Shown piece after piece: positions 41,741 through 42,222 of a DNA stretch of 42,222 nucleotides (the stretch's first letter is position 1; the number at the start of each line of letters is the position of its first letter). Source of the DNA: a virus (lineage: Duplodnaviria; Caudoviricetes); the IMG/VR virus record IMGVR_UViG_3300037474_000120, positions 1 through 42,222 of that record; one strand, written 5' to 3'. The translations under genes and the position numbers were made by a program. The notes beneath the pieces were generated by a model. The model was not told the DNA's origin and ran no database searches. It saw nothing but the letters and a program-made list of their open reading frames with translations.

Positions 41741-41958
41741 GAGGCACCGCTCTTTCGCTGAAGCTCGTACTCCGCTTCCTTCTTGGCCAGGATCTCCTCC
41801 AGGTCCTCCACGACCTGGCCAGCATCCGCCAATTCCTCGATCGCGAACTTCATGGCATCGGGCCCAGCATCGGCCACCTCGGCCAGCTTCTCTCGCTCGA
41901 ACGCCTGGCACTCCTGCAGCCGCTTACGCAGCCGCTTCACCGTTTCATCCAACGTCAT
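41737..41958 (-). CDS. Coiled-coil hypothetical protein
   Basis: AAGGA RBS; ATGA coupling; 73 aa. Confidence 0.7.
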   Translation of the reverse strand: MTLDETVKRLRKRLQECQAFEREKLAEVADAGPDAMKFAIEELADAGQVVEDLEEILAKKEAEYELQRKSGAS

Positions 41959-42094
41959 CGCCAGTATCCTTTCTGGGACAACGAGCCAACCACACTGGCC
42001 AAATCCTCTGCGTACGAGTGTACGTCCACCCATTCCTTTGGCTCAGGAGCAACAACACTCATAGCCTGCTCGAATAGCTCTGTCTTCAACTCCA
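41955..42094 (-). CDS. 3' part of the junction-spanning 99-aa hypothetical protein
   Basis: Continuous in frame with 160..1 once the terminal repeat is collapsed. Confidence 0.8.
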
Positions 42095-42220
42095 CTGAAG
42101 CCGTGATGAGCCCTCGCTCAGACTTAACGAGGTCAGCCAAAATGGTCTGCAACTCGTTCACCACTGGTCTCATCTCGACCAAGCGATCCATCCACTTCGC
42201 GCGCTGAGCCTTAAGCTCCA
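42095..42220. repeat. Terminal direct repeat, copy 2
   Basis: Identical to 1-126. Confidence 0.97.
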
Positions 42221-42222
42221 TG

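Noticed and set aside
42219-42222. ATG start of ORF 41955..42221 and the terminal repeat as a biological DTR
   Set aside because: The ATG arises from the single mismatch at the contig end. The repeat cuts through a gene and its length is close to a common assembly k-mer (127), so it is probably an assembly overlap.

Overview
The window appears to be a complete, circular-mapping tailed phage genome of about 42,094 bp. Bases 1-126 are repeated at 42095-42220, and one gene reads through the junction. It is GC-rich and has podovirus-type organisation. A minus-strand head/tail operon runs portal > scaffold-like > small genes > tandem GroES-like > HNH > major capsid > decoration-like > adaptor > collagen/Gly-rich fibre > lysis genes > nozzle-like > three putative ejection proteins. 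A plus-strand replication/recombination arm encodes an initiator, primase, HNH-AP2, DnaB-like helicase, MazG-like, DnaA-domain-IV protein, SNF2-methylase fusion, ERF, 5'-3' exonuclease, DUF6948-like and Gly-repeat proteins. A minus-strand accessory arm (5.4-14.2 kb) carries many small genes, SSB, nucleases, a TerS-like HTH and a secreted metzincin protease. TerL is on the plus strand, divergent from the portal. I recognised no integrase, CI-type repressor, DNA/RNA polymerase, tRNA or CRISPR. The most notable unannotated signal is regulatory: four copies of a CTCAAGG-N13-G(A/C)CGTTCA-N7/8-ATG element (sigma28-like, apparently leaderless) and three TTGC..-N16-TA...T-N6-ATG promoters, two sharing a 13-bp operator-like core. 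Other highlights are a paralogous gene pair with conserved DNA borders, a tandem co-chaperonin, and a ParB/Srx-like motif inside a virion protein. All product calls come from motif recognition by eye, with no database searches. A Gram-negative, possibly myxobacterial, host is an inference.
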